Shown here piece by piece: positions 1-12,961 of a stretch of 64,000 nucleotides of DNA. The stretch is from Nageia nagi (taxonomy: Eukaryota; Plantae; Pinophyta): NCBI GenBank assembly GCA_050084985.1, contig JBITNC010000001.1, forward strand, positions 79,236,001 through 79,300,000, given 5' to 3'. Numbering within the stretch: the first letter of the stretch is position 1; each line of letters starts with the position of its first letter. Both the position numbers and the translations under genes were made by a program. Below the pieces are notes generated by a model. The model did no database searches. It saw nothing but the letters and a program-made list of their open reading frames with translations, and had not been told where the DNA came from.

Positions 1-5
1 GCTTG

Positions 6-712
6 GCGCATGCTCCAGGAAGACAAAATTTTGTCTTTCTAGAACATGCGCTTGGGAAGACGCCTAATTTGGAGTTCAAGTTCGAAAGAGCAAACTGGGT
101 CATTCCTGGACCCAACGCATGCTCCAGAAAGACAATTTTTTTGTCTTTTTGGGGCATGTGCCAGGAAGACACCCAGGACGAAGCAAAGGCCCGAAAAAGA
201 CAACTTAGTGCATTTCAAGGCTAGCACATGCCTCGAAAAGACAATCTTGTCTTTTGGGAGCATGCGCCAAGCCCAGGATGGCATCCAGTTGGGCTGAAAC
301 ATGAAATTTTGCTAAGGCATGGAGTCTCAAAGCTCATATCTCGCTCCAGCATGGCCAGAGGGGCTTGCCCATGCCTCAGAAAGACAAATTCTTGACTTTT
401 GGAAGCATGTGCCAAGCCTAGGAAGACACCGGGACGGGGTGAACTTGAAAATATGGCTAAGTCCCGGGAGGAGAAGACCAAAACGAAGCAAATCTGGCCA
501 CCTGCAACCCAACGCATGCCTCAGGAAGACAAAATTCTGACTTTCTGAACCATGCACCCAGACTAGAAGAGCCGAAGGGTTTGGAGCGCTTTTCAAAAAG
601 ACAAAATCTTGGCTTTTGAAATCATGTGCCAGGCTTGGAGGAGCCTCTAATGCATCCTCAGGTTGAGCGCATGATCTAGGAAGACAAAATCTTGTCTTTT
701 CTGGGCATGCGC
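6..712. repeat. Array of 7 imperfect ~45-bp palindromes (GCGCATG-n-AAGACAAAATTTTGTCTT-n-CATGCGC) with ~28-99-bp spacers
   Basis: Units at about 6-51, 116-161, 224-268, 367-412, 512-557, 586-630 and 667-712; the core AGACAAAATTTTGTCT of unit 1 is a perfect palindrome. Confidence 0.9.
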
Positions 713-926
713 CAACCCTAGAAGAGCCCTAGACCCCCACATCTAGTCTTCGACGGTCAAGCATGGAAGTTTGAGCGCAAACACATCTCGAGGTCGATCA
801 TGTGGACAGCCAAGATCAATTCCTCTCATGCCTAGCCAACTAGGGTTTCTTGGAAACCAAAATTTGCCTATAAACACCAACCTGGGGAGCTCATTTTCTC
901 AAACTTAGATTATCCTGCTCCTCATC

Positions 927-1361
927 TTGTGCACCACAATGGTCGAACTAAACCCTGAGGCACCAAGGCAAGAAGGCAAGACAGGGAAAGGTATGACCAC
1001 TGGTAATGCCTCGCCAAGACAGAAGCACAACGTTGACATCACAACCTTAATAAGATCACTGCACAAGGATCCCAGCCTAAGAGCTAGAGACGAATCTACA
1101 AACACTCACTATGTGAGTAGATTTGTGTTCAAAGTGAACAATACACTTTCTGTCACCAAAGTTTCCTTGAACAAGGAACTAGAGGAGCCGCAAGACTTGG
1201 AGGCCTGTACCTTAAAGATTGAAATTGATGAAGTAAACACTACTGGGGCAAAGCGGATTAGAGATATTACCAAACTGGCGAAGGAGCTGGAAGAGAGGCA
1301 GGGGAAGCTAAGCCTAGAAGGAGAGACCACACCTTCCCATCCAGATTTTCTTCAAGACTAG
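927..1361 (+). CDS. Short accessory ORF (~140 aa) of the LTR unit, function unknown
   Basis: Homologous to ORF 35460..35918 (LHKDPSLRARDESTNTHYVSRFVFKVNNTL vs LHEDPNQKVKDDSTETHHVRRFFFKVNSTL; both share RDITKLAKELEE). Preceded by TAGGGTTT and CCTATAAA at about 841-873. Confidence 0.65.
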   Translation: MCTTMVELNPEAPRQEGKTGKGMTTGNASPRQKHNVDITTLIRSLHKDPSLRARDESTNTHYVSRFVFKVNNTLSVTKVSLNKELEEPQDLEACTLKIEIDEVNTTGAKRIRDITKLAKELEERQGKLSLEGETTPSHPDFLQD

Positions 1362-4149
1362 GTCGCCATAGGCGGACAAAGGTGCCATCAGCAAGCTAGC
1401 AATGGAGTCCTCAAGCTCGGTGTTGCAGAGACAAAGAAGATGGACCAACAGGAATAGACTAGAGAACCATCAAGGCGGGATGTTGCAAGTTCAACAATTA
1501 GCTTTTATATTATTTTGTTTATTTCAGTATTGTTTTAATTTTGGATTTCAAAACTTATTAAATTTTGTACAACCTTGTGACAAATGAGGATTTGCTCCCA
1601 CAAACGCTGGAATAAATCTTGTAATGCCATGTGGCATATTCTTATTTGACCGTTTTTTATTTTTCTTGAAACTCGTATTAGGGTTAAGGCAACACAATGG
1701 TTGCTCCAAAAACTATTTATACCCCATTTTGATTCATTTGTAAGGAGGATTGACACTTTTAACAATTGAAAAGAACTTTTGCTTGCTAGACCCAAATATT
1801 CTCCAAGTTGTTAAATGTAATGTATGTTAGTGCAATTGAAAAGATGTGCTTCTCATGTTGTAATGCCAAATTTGAATGAATGATTGACAGTGTTGTCTAG
1901 TTTGTTCTATCACTGAATTATGTTGATTTTAATCACTTGGTGCATCTTGTAAATCCTAATTGGGGTGGACAAGAGAATGCTTGTAGATTTTATAAAGTGA
2001 TTGATTAACATCTCGTTTGTGATATTTTGTCATTTGCAATCTTAGGCTTGGATACCTCAAGATGTCTTATTGATGTCGCTCATAGTAGAAACTTCACCCA
2101 GATCGTTGAATCTTGCCCTCATCACATCCTATTCCATCCTTGCCACAGCTTCACACTCCTTCCACTAGAACATTCGTGTTGTTAGCTAGTCGGACAAATC
2201 AAAGGTACGTGGAACCTACGTTGAGACCTAGCAAGTCGACTCTTGAGGACCTTATCCCAAACCCATGAGTACGCATGCCTACAGTTACATCTTACTACCC
2301 ACAATCTTTCCACCAATTTTTCTTTATTTTATTTTACACCTTTTTTCCCCGATTTTCGCACCCCCTATTTCCCTTTAGCATCTTTCAAAAACAACTTAGA
2401 CTGGCTACAAAGACGATCCGAGTCTTTGAATCCACACATGATATTCATGTTAGTGGCAACTTTAAACATCTCAACCATTCCCTGAGTTATCCTCATCGAG
2501 TCGTGAAGCTAACCTTTGGGGTAATCAGTCCCCATAGCGAGAGGGAGTAACTTCCTTTCACCTGAGGTGTTGGCACTTTTCTCACTACTCCAAGGTAGGA
2601 AAGAAAAACACCCCAACAGATGGACTAACATTCGTCAACATCCACTCATCAATATAATGGTGTCATGTTCAGAGGGTCCTTATTTACCTCGAGTTGTTGA
2701 CTGCTCGAGGGAAATGAATGATGCAGAGTTCCAGTTGACGAGGGTGGATGCTCCAATGTTGTCCAGGTAATCACTTTACTAAGTTTACTTTTAGTTTTCA
2801 AATTTATTTTTTGATGTGCAAATGCCAAATATTAATGTTTTAATTTTTTTATGTACAGATAATTACAGATGTAGCCCCCTGTTTGCAAGCGTGTAGAAAA
2901 ATTGATAGAGGGCACTTACATGCACATTTTTTGGACCCCATTTTGCGTTCATGCATTGAAGGACATTGGAAAAATAGATTGGGTGAAGAATGTGGTTGCA
3001 GAAGCAAGAGACTTGCGAATGTTTATTTGCAACCATCATACCTCATTGGCACTCTTTCGCTCCTTCTCAAAGAAGGAGTTTCTTAAACCTGCAAATACGA
3101 GATATGCCACTTATATTATCCTATTGCAAAGGATGATTGAGGTGAAGGAGGCACCACAATCCATGGTAGTTTGCGTAGAATGGAAGAGGTGGCCAGAATC
3201 TCAAACAGAGGAGGGAAAAAGATTTAGAGATAAAGTCTTAGATGAGAATTGGTGGGCTGAAGCCAAATAACAAAGTTTGAAAGTTTCACTATTGTAGTTT
3301 GAATTTCAAGTTGGATTGATCACTAGGTAATTGTTCAATTAGTTCTAAGATTTTTAACTTTTTTTATTGAATGTAGGTACATTGTATCTTTTATTTCCCC
3401 AGTTTTTGAAGTGATAAGGTATGCCGACACGGATTCTCCTAATTTAGGAGAGATATATGACACCTTCGATAGCATGCTTGGGGAAATGAAAAAAATAATT
3501 GATGCCAAAAATCCTTCTTTTTATGAATGTCATATTAGACCCATCATAGAGAAGAGGTAAAAAATGTTGATTGCTGACTTTAGTTTCAATTTGATTTGTT
3601 AACTTTAGTCTTTAAGTTTATTAAATTATTTTTTTAAAATTTTTTGTAGGTGGAATAAGATGAATACCCCTCTCCATATGGCTGCCCATGTGTTGAACCC
3701 AAAATGGTATGCACTAAAGATTTGGAAATGGCACCTAATGATGATATTGAGTTGAAAGATGGGATCATAAACTTCCTTGCCAAGATGTTTTCAAAAGAGG
3801 ATGGCCGTATAATTAGAGAGGAGTTTGTAAAATTTGTGAGACTTAAGGGTCCTCGTTTCAACAGGTTTCAACAAGCCACAGTGCAACGAGGATAGAGCTA
3901 CCATTGCCCAAACTGATCCCATTGGATAGTGGGATGTAGATGATGCTCCACACTTGAAGCATCTTGCAATTAGACTCCTTTCCCAGGTTAAAAGATGCCA
4001 TTGGCATGCCATTAAGTATTGTACTATTGTCTATTGATTATAAACTTATAATCTATTTTTCAATTTGAAATTTGAATGATTGTTTAAAATCTTAAATTTC
4101 TATTTCTCACATAATCAGAAATGAGAAATCTAATTTGAATGATTGTTAT

Positions 4150-7100
4150 ATTTAGGATATAACAAAAATATATTACTAGTCACTACTTTAACTATATTGC
4201 AATTTTATTTATTTATTTATTTATTTTTGTACAAAAATTGCAATATTTTTATATACTATTTATTGTTGAAACAAAAAAAAGGGGGGCTCTTATTTTTGTA
4301 CATACAGTATATTTAATCAAAAATAAAAATCAAATGAGGAGATTTTTTTGGGCGGCCAAAAAGATTGTTGAAAATATTTTTTAAATCAAAATTATATTTG
4401 TGGAGGCCCGCCGACCTACCCCATCTCCATGGCCATCAGCTCAGCCTAAAGGATCACTGCCAACCGTCTGAAAACGCACACCTAGACGTCTTAACCCGTG
4501 GACTGAACCTAGGCCCTTGACCGATTGAAACCGCAACCTCCTTGTCCTTGCTAGCTGTTCCTCTCCATCGTGTGACAGTTAGGGTTAGGTGGCATCAACA
4601 TAGCAGATCAGAAGTAGAGTCCAATCGGTTTCCAACCTATTCTCCCTGTCGCCAATCCGGATCCAGATGATTGACTGGTGGTCGATCCCAGCTTCCTATT
4701 CCTTCATAAGGGAGCGTTTGCTTATCCAGATATGCGTTTGCTTTATCCCAGCCTCCTTGTATATCGTTAATTGGGCGCTACCTCCTGGTACATGCGGGTC
4801 GAGTCTTAAACCCTGGTTGTGGCCTGTTAAAAGGACTCTAGTGGCCTGATCATAGCCTGGCATCAGCTCCTCCTTAGCATCGTCTAGTGGTAGCCTCTCT
4901 CCTGATGTGTGACGAAACTATGCCTATCCCTGCATGACTCCTCGCAGCCTCTTCTAGCACCTTAGACCACTCGCCAGGCTGTCTTGCAACAATTTCGCAA
5001 CCCTTCTGTCCTCCCTTCGCACAAGCTATCTCGCAGCTATCTCACGGATTTAAACTTTTTTTATTATTTTCGACCTTTTTTTCCGCTACTAGCTGCCCTC
5101 TCCTCCACCACAAACTTCCCACTCGCATGATTTTGTCCCTTCTCCGTTTTCACATCAACAAATTTAAAGGCATTTATCAAAAATGGCAGATACAGATAAA
5201 AAAAATTACTGTTGAAAGTTTGAAACAACATAATGCTTTCCCCCTTGTTCACATATTCTTCTTGCAAACTAGTTGTACTCTGTAGCGTATACCTATCCAT
5301 GGGCACCTGAATTAGGAGTCCGCATATGTTGCACGTAGCAAAGCATATCTCCACACTACTAAAAAAAATAGTTAAGGCCATGCCCATGCCTTGCCTTGCC
5401 TGGATCATCCCATACAACAATAAGATCTGTAGGATATGCCTATTCATCGCCAACTAATTTCTCACTTTACACAGCCTCTAATTTCTCCAACCTTTTTAAT
5501 GCAGAACCATTCAATTGTTTTACACGCTTTCTCATTAAATTTGAGAGGGGGGCCACCTTTGTTTTTAAATTTTTGCACCTATCAACATTAATTTCTTGCT
5601 AAGTACTCCAAATTTAATATAGCCATCATAATATTTGACTTGGAGTACTTAAATGCATTTTTAAACGCCTTACCTCTTCATTAATTTCTCTAAAATAATG
5701 ATGAGTTTACTTGTTGAATAAAAGTATGTACTCTTCATTAATTGTTTCTGACTACAGTACTTCTCATTATGTCTTTTTTTTTAACCATAAAGCATTTTTT
5801 ATGCACTTGCCAATTTTTTTTGAGTATGTTCTTAAGTAAGAATGAATTTTATTTTAAGTGATAAAAGGATCAAATTATTTTAAGTTAGAGGGGGAGATAT
5901 TTATGAATTTCTTTACTTAAAATCTCTAGATCCTTTATGATTAAAATACATATTTATCAATTATAAATTTTTATGATTTGCAAATAATGCATATTTATTG
6001 CTTAAAAATTTTAAATGCCTCTCTAAGTTAATGTTGCATACTTAGAACTTAATTTTTTAAGTTAATGGTAAATGCTTAGTACTTAACTTTAAATGATGCA
6101 TATTTAAGATTAGTACTTATGCTTATTACTTAAAAATTTTAAGTTAATAAATGCATGCTTAGTACTTAATTTTTAAGTTAATATTGCATGCTTAAGACTT
6201 TAAAAAAAAAATTTAAGTTAATGTTGCATGCTTAATTACTTAAGTTAAAAGATACACATTCAGTATTTATCCTTATGCAAAGCATGAAGTGGACTTGTGC
6301 AAATAAAGAAGGATGTAAAGATGTCCTTTAGGAGTTCGTAAACAAAACCCATTGGACTCTTAAGGTTCCAAGCAAGGAATGAATGATGTTTGTTTACTTA
6401 TGCTCTTTTACTTCATGTTTAACACTTCTGCTTTATTTACTTATGCAAAATCGCAAACATTGAAATGAGCAACCCTCTAAAATGAATACATCCGCATATA
6501 CATTCCGCAACATGAATTGTTTGGAGAGCCATGAGGTGAAGATAGGCGAATTGGAGCCTTTAAGTCCGACAATCCAAATGGTGAAAATTCCGTACTTCTT
6601 AATTGCCCTTAAGTCCTCTGTTGATCTGGATTTAACTCCAATAGGTGGACAGGTATTTGTGTAGTGATACCACATATCCGCACGTCCATTCAGGGATTAT
6701 CCTAATAACCTAGGAGGATAACTTGAAACCTAATCAAGATTAATAATTTGGCCGATCCAATAAACATCGGAACTTTAGAAAATAGCTAGTACTTCTCCTC
6801 GTGAGAGTATATTGCTACCCAATGGGAACTGGTTGAGAATTGGTAGTACTTGGGCTCCTCTTGTGTGGGCATCCAAGTGAAAGCCTAATTTTAGACAAGA
6901 AAACAAGCCTCAACAATGTCACTCTACATCTATGGTTCTTGAGATGAGAAATGTATTTGAGTACATGAGTTATTATTTGAATTGTAGAACATTTGCACTT
7001 GTGAATCAAATCAAGCATGTCTTTAGTGTTAAATGTAGCATGTATTATTTACTTGGTTAAAACTTAACATTTAATGTTTATTAAAACCACATGCTTATTA

Positions 7101-10100
7101 TTTCATATTCTTGTGTAGCAAATGGGAGAATCCTTTTTACCCAAATGCATTCTTGATGGTTCCAACTATGGGATTTGGGAACCTCGGATGAGAGCCGAAT
7201 TGCAAGCAAGGAAGCTTTGGCAAACAGTGAATGAGAACCTTGTACCGCTTACAGATGAGAAGGCACTAGAGGCTTACAACACAAAGAATGAATTGGCAAC
7301 CTCTATAATTTACCGTGCAGTTTCAGATGATGTGCTCCTGATGATTTCCTTTTCAACCTCAGCAAAGAAAACGTGAGATAAACTTAATCAAATCTACCTT
7401 TGTTCAAATTTTTCAAGAAGGTTTACCCTTCTCCAAAAGTTGCTTCAATCTCGTCAAGGGGAAGATGAAAATATGGCTATCTACTTAAACAAAATCATTA
7501 ACCTAAGGACCCAACTTGTTGCTTGTGGGTGCAACTGGATCAATAATGAGTTTATGGTCTTCATTATTCTTCAAAGCCTCTCTTCAAAGTTTAGAAACTT
7601 TGTAACAATTATGGAAACAAGGCTTGATGATGAAGAAGTCATCTCCCTTGAGAACTTGTCTAGGCACTTATTGAAGCATGAGGAAACCCTTAACAATAAG
7701 GTGTTGATTTCTTCTCCTAAGGATAATAACGTTGCCCTTGGTGCAACCAAATCTCCTTTCAAGAAGAAGTTCAATCATCAAAAGAAATCTTATCCTTCTT
7801 CTTCCAAAAGCTTTGAGAAAAGAGGTAATGGCTACAACAGCAACAAGAACAACAACCCTAGTAGTAGGAACAATGGTAACAACAATCATTTCAAGCAAAG
7901 AGATGGAAAAGGCAAAGTAAACACTCCTTATCTTAAGAAAACGTTTGATGGCAATTGTAACTATTATAGCATTCAAGGTCACAAAGAAGTTGATTGTTAC
8001 AAAAAGAAAAGAGAAAAAAAGTACAAAGGCAATAGAAATGTAAAGAACTACAAAGAAAAGAAAAATACTCATGCTAGTTTTGCTGCGGTGCTCTACTCCA
8101 TGTCTTGCTCTTTTTCATTTGAATGGATTGTTGAATCTGGTTACACTAATTGCCTATGCTTTGAAAAAGAAAAGTTTGAGAACTTTCACAAATATAAAAA
8201 GGATACGATTGTGATAGGTGATAACTCTTCCTTTGAAGTCCAAGGAATTGGGAGTGTGCTGATTCATGGAAAGGTTTTTCAAAATGTTCTCTGTGTTCCT
8301 AAGTTAAAGATGAACCTTCTCTCCATGATCCAAGTCGCTAAAAAGGGTACTCTTTTGAATTCAACTCTCAATCCTAGTGCATTAAGAAAAGACTTGCCAC
8401 TTTGGTTAAAGGATCTGTGAAAGATAACCTCTATATTGTGGATAAACTTCCATCAAAGATGTCTCTTGCTTCTAGTGTGTGTTCTAAAGGCAATCTTTGG
8501 CACCATCGTTTAGGGCACCTTAACAACAAGAGTATTCAAATCATGAAAAAACTAAGAACTTGTAGAAGGTTTGCCTTCAATTTCTCCTTCAGTTGGTTTA
8601 TGCGAGAAGTGCATTCTTGGCAAGATGCATAGACAAAAGTTTGAAAAAGATAAGGCAACAAGAGCATTTCAACCTCTTCAACTTGTGCATTCAAATTTGA
8701 TGGGTCCATTTCAAACTAAGTCGCTTGGAGAAGCATCTTAAATCTTGACTTTCATTGATGACTTTAGTAGGATGTAGATTATGAGAAAACCTTTGCTCCC
8801 ATGGCAAAGATGCCTACTGTAAGAGTTATCCTTGCTCTTTCTTCAGCTCAAGGATGGAAAGTTTTTCAACTTAACGTCAAGAGTGCATTTCTCAATGATG
8901 ACTTAAATGTGAAAATCTTCATGAATCAACCAGAAAGGTTTATTGTGAAAGGTAGAGTCCTTTGTGTTCAAGCTAAAGAAGTCATTGTATGGACTTAAGC
9001 AAGCACCTAAAGCCTGGTACAGAAAGCTTTCAGGGTACTTTGCAGACATTGATTTCTCCAAGTGTTTTTCTGACTTCGATCTATATGTGCTCAATCAAGG
9101 ACAAGACATGGTCTTGATACTCCTTTATGTGAATGATCTTTTGATTACTGGGAACAATGATGGAATCATTCAAGAGTGCATATCCAAACTTAAGGCAACA
9201 TTTGAAATGATTGATTTTGGTCTCTTGCACTATTATCTTGGAATGCAAATGTATCAATACAAAGATTGTACTTACCTCAATCAATCTAAGTATATATCAA
9301 ACATCTTGCAAAAGTTTGAAATGGAGTGTAGATATGCTACAATCCTGGTCTCTCCTGGAATCACTGTTTCTCTAAGCTCCAGCTTACATGCAATTAATTG
9401 GTAGTATTTTGTATTTGACTATATCCAGGCCAGATATTGCCTTTGCAGTGAATCTGATGGCATGATTCATGTAGAAACCTTATGTTGAGCACCTCAATGC
9501 TGTTAAGCAAATTTTAATGTATGTTGCAGGGAATAAGGATCTTGCTCTCAAGTATTCCAAGTTGCCCTCATTTGTTCTCTCTAGATTCTCAAATTCTAAC
9601 TATGGAGGAGATAGAGATGACAGGAAGTCAACCTCTACGTATGTGTTTAGCATTGGTTCAAGTGCTATCTCTTAGGCTTTCAAGAAGCAACCTACTGTTT
9701 CTCTTTCCACCACAGAAGCCGAATATCGTGCCATGTCTGTTGTTGCCCAGGAAACCATTTGGCTAAGGCACCTTCTGAAAGAAATTGGATATGAGCAAAG
9801 TGGCTCATCTTTGATCTCTTCAAAAAATCAAGTGGCCATTTCTTTGGCTAAGAATCCCGTGTTCCATCAGATAACAAAACATGTGAAAATCCATGCCCAT
9901 TTTATCAAAGAGAAGGTTCTTGATGGCATCATACACTTGGAGTATTGTCCATCTACCTTGAACTCCGCTGATTTGTTCACCAAGCCCCCTGAGAAGCTCA
10001 GTTCTGTAAGCTTAGGGATGCTATCGGGTTGGTGAAGTTGCCCTTAAGGGGGAGTGAAGTTTGAATTCGTGTTGAATTCATGTTTGTGATGACAATTTCA

Positions 10101-11362
10101 CCCCTAAGAGGATTTTATGTTGTATAGTGTTGATTTTGTTGTACACCTTCGTGGTAAGTTTGCTCTGCGTGAGGAACTTGTTGTACAAATTAGCCAATCT
10201 AGCACTGTTCAGTTATCCATGTGTGAGAAACTATTATGTGGTTTTTGGCACTGTTCAATTATCCATATGTGAGGAATTCGTATGTGCATGCTTTATTTTT
10301 GGTCATTCTAGCATTGTTCAGTTATCCATGTGTGAGGAACTCTTATGTGTCTTTTGGCACTGTTCAGTTATCCATATGTGAGGAACTCGTATGTGCTTGC
10401 TCTATTTTGTAATGATAATCAACACATGTTTTATATACAACAGGTGATTATGAGTTTTTGGCATGGCATCTTCGTGATGACTTATAGTGCACCATTAATC
10501 AGTTCATGATAGCATTTGTGTGATTCATCTATCCTTGTTGATATGAATATGATGCATCTAACTGATCTTGTTATTTGAGTTGTTTATGACTTGCAAGTTC
10601 CTTTGAAATTGCAGGTTACTTACCTCAGGTATGCAAGCTCTTGGAGACTCTTCATGACTTTCAGTTGGATGACTACTTCATGTACATTGAAACCAGTTGT
10701 GGTTAATGATTGTATTTGGCAACGTAGTGAGTCTCAAACTAAATCTTTCTTATTTCACAAATATGTAAAAGTTCTCATCTCCGTTGTATCTGTTTGGAGA
10801 ACTCTCTTACTTTCTATTCTTCTTCTCTCTTACTCACTCTATCCCAATATTGCATTAAGAGAGAGTTGGAATGTATAATGCATTATTCTAAAGATTTGTA
10901 TTAAATCTTCTATGTAAATTCACTAATTCTTAAGGGTATCATTTGATACCTTAAGTATTTAAGTGAATATGATAATGTAACTTGTCCTACACTCCATGTC
11001 CTGAGCATGCCCCTTGGGTAAAAGGATGTGCATGTCATGCTTTTGTACATTGGATAAAATGGTGATCCAAAGAGAGATTTTGGCCTATAAATAGAAGGCT
11101 GTCTTTGTGATTACACACCAATTTGTAAAGTTATGCTATAGCATAGAAGTGTAGGAGTTCAGATTAGGCGGATTGTAAGAGAGTTGTATTTGTGATTGAA
11201 GTAAAGATATAGTTAGTGGATGTACTCTTAGTTGGAGGAACCACTTTACATCTTGAGTTACTTTGTGAGATTGTCTTGTTTGTGAGATTGTTAGATGTGT
11301 ATTGTGAGTTTTCATATTATCTTGGTTGATTAGGAATTATCTTGTTAGTGTTAGTTCCTTCA
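4150..11362 (+). mobile_element. Degenerate Ty1/Copia LTR retrotransposon with a long 5' leader; 5' LTR not found; integrase core to RT N-terminus deleted
   Basis: gag from 7122 (LDGSNYGIWEPRM, decayed zinc knuckle CNYYSIQGHKEVDC), protease WIVESG, LWHHRLGH, VHSNLMGP..FIDDFSR joined directly to DYEKTFAP at about 8775, RT LKKSLYGLKQAP/LYVNDLL, RNase H KHVKIHAHFIKE, PPT AAGGGGGAG at about 10046-10054. The left boundary is approximate. Confidence 0.9.
10055..11362 (+). repeat. Copia 3' LTR (~1.3 kb)
   Basis: Starts TGAAG right after the PPT and ends CTTCA (inverted termini). CCTATAAATAG at about 11083. Four copies of GCACTGTTCAGTTATCCATGTGTGAGGAACT at 10201-10390. Confidence 0.8.
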
Positions 11363-12961
11363 GTTTGTAGGTTGGTAAGTCATCTGTTGCGGAGAGAAAT
11401 TGGTCTACCTATGGCTTCATCCATAGTCTACAAAAAAATAGACTTACTTCTCGTAGAGCAGAAAAGTTAGTTGCAATGCATAGCTCTCTTCGCCTTTGCG
11501 AGAGAGTTACACCAGAGTATAGGGCTAGTCCAACTACTCGTTGGGACGTTGATCCAATAAAGGCAAGCTAGCTTGAGGCTGATGAGTCGATGTTTGGATT
11601 GTCATTGCATACTCTTCATTTGGAAGATGAAAGCTCAGCAGATGAGGAGGATATGGATACACAACCATTAGCACATGGGCCTATAGAGCCAAAGGGCATA
11701 GACTATAGTTGATACTTATTCGACATACTGATGTCCCCTCTATGTATTTGACTCAGTCTTTCAGACCTATGACATTATGATTGTGTTATCAAATTTACCC
11801 TTTTTTTATGATTGTCTTGAAGTTGAATTTCTTAGTTTCTAATTTCAATTCCATGCTTTTATTTGTATACATGATTAAATTTGATAATATAATCATTCAT
11901 CATAATAATAGTGAATTGGAAACGATAAAATCTTAAAATTCTAATAATTTTTACAAGTATTATATTTACCGTTCCCCAAAAAAGACCCTATTTTTTCCCA
12001 TTCCCGAATACACATTTCCCTGTTCCCCGGTCGTGTGGAACACTAATAATAAGTAATAAATAAGATGAGTGGAGCATGAGTATAGTAGGATTCTTAAAAA
12101 TAAATAAACAAATAATAAATAAGATGAGAGAAGCATAGGAGAATAAGTAAAGGTTTGACTTGGTTTCAGTTAATTAGGATAATCTGTTGTGGTGCATGAT
12201 TAATTAAGGGGAGGTTTGTCAGTAAAATTTATGGCTGTCAACTAATAGAACAGTCAACTAATATAGCGGAATTGCAGATTATTCACACTATATGAAGGAA
12301 CAGTTAGTGGGCAATTACTCAGTCAGATAGTAGATCCCATAATGCATTTAGTGGCTATCTAGTTGGATTCTTCAAGAAGGTTTTGAGGAAGATGAAAAAT
12401 CAACTTATGAATTCAAAAGAAAAAAAAACATTTTTACTCTCATCTGGGAAGCTGGTTGTAGCAGTACGTTAGGCATTAGGGACAGAAATCCTCAATACTC
12501 AGGAAATTCAAGGTCAGAAGTTATGATCAGATCGATTAAAGGAAGCATGTGAATGCAGGCCTGTTTCAGGATCAGGCCAAAACTTTACACGAGCAGATCA
12601 AATTCTCAATTCAGTGTGAAAAAAAGTTGCAGACTGGAGTAGGAACAACACTTCAGTTTTTCAGGAAACATTGTAGTTCGGAGTACTTTGTATTTTGTTT
12701 TTATTGCATGTTTGTTGTGAGAGAAAAATATATAAAAAACCAAAATATTTCTTTGCTGAACAATTTTTGTGTTGTTTCTGCATTTAATTTGGGATATTAT
12801 CATATTACATTTAAAGGGGGTTATTCATCCAAGAAGAGATAAAATCCATCAATTGAATGGCTCTTCTATGAAAAAGTTCAAACCTTTGTAAAGCACAAGC
12901 ATCTTTTTTTTTATCAACTATAAGAAAAGAAATCCATTTAAGAAGCAAAAGACTATATTAC

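Larger units (their letters stand above)
1..2618 (+). mobile_element. 3' portion of a Tat/Gypsy-related LTR unit (palindrome array + short ORF + LTR end), inserted into a hAT transposase
   Basis: Ends ...GGTAGGAAAGAAAAACACCCCAACA at 2618, the same terminus as at 48659 and (reverse) 28928. 1500-2618 is homologous to 28928-30000 (reverse) and to 35940-36773 plus 48324-48659. Confidence 0.85.
2619..12045 (+). mobile_element. Degenerate intron-containing hAT DNA transposon (DUF659 + hATC dimerisation), split by a Copia insertion
   Basis: GWTNIRQHPLINIMV (2619-), FWTPFCVHALKDIGK and PANTRYAT (2902-3270), HLAIRLLSQ|gt at about 3987, resuming ag|VGKSSVAERNWSTYGFIHSLQKNRLTSRRAEKLV at 11371; TTCCC-rich subterminal repeats ending GGAACACTA at about 12045. 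Confidence 0.85.

Noticed and set aside
6-712. CRISPR array (palindromic repeats with spacers)
   Set aside because: Eukaryotic retroelement context, no cas genes, degenerate repeats, variable ~28-99-bp spacers that are shared between element copies.
1481-2618. A conventional 1.1-kb 3' LTR beginning TGTTG at 1481 after a PPT
   Set aside because: The purine tract is weak and the equivalent start and PPT are not conserved in the other two copies (about 30038 and 35926), so this boundary is not supported; it remains the main alternative to the giant-LTR reading.
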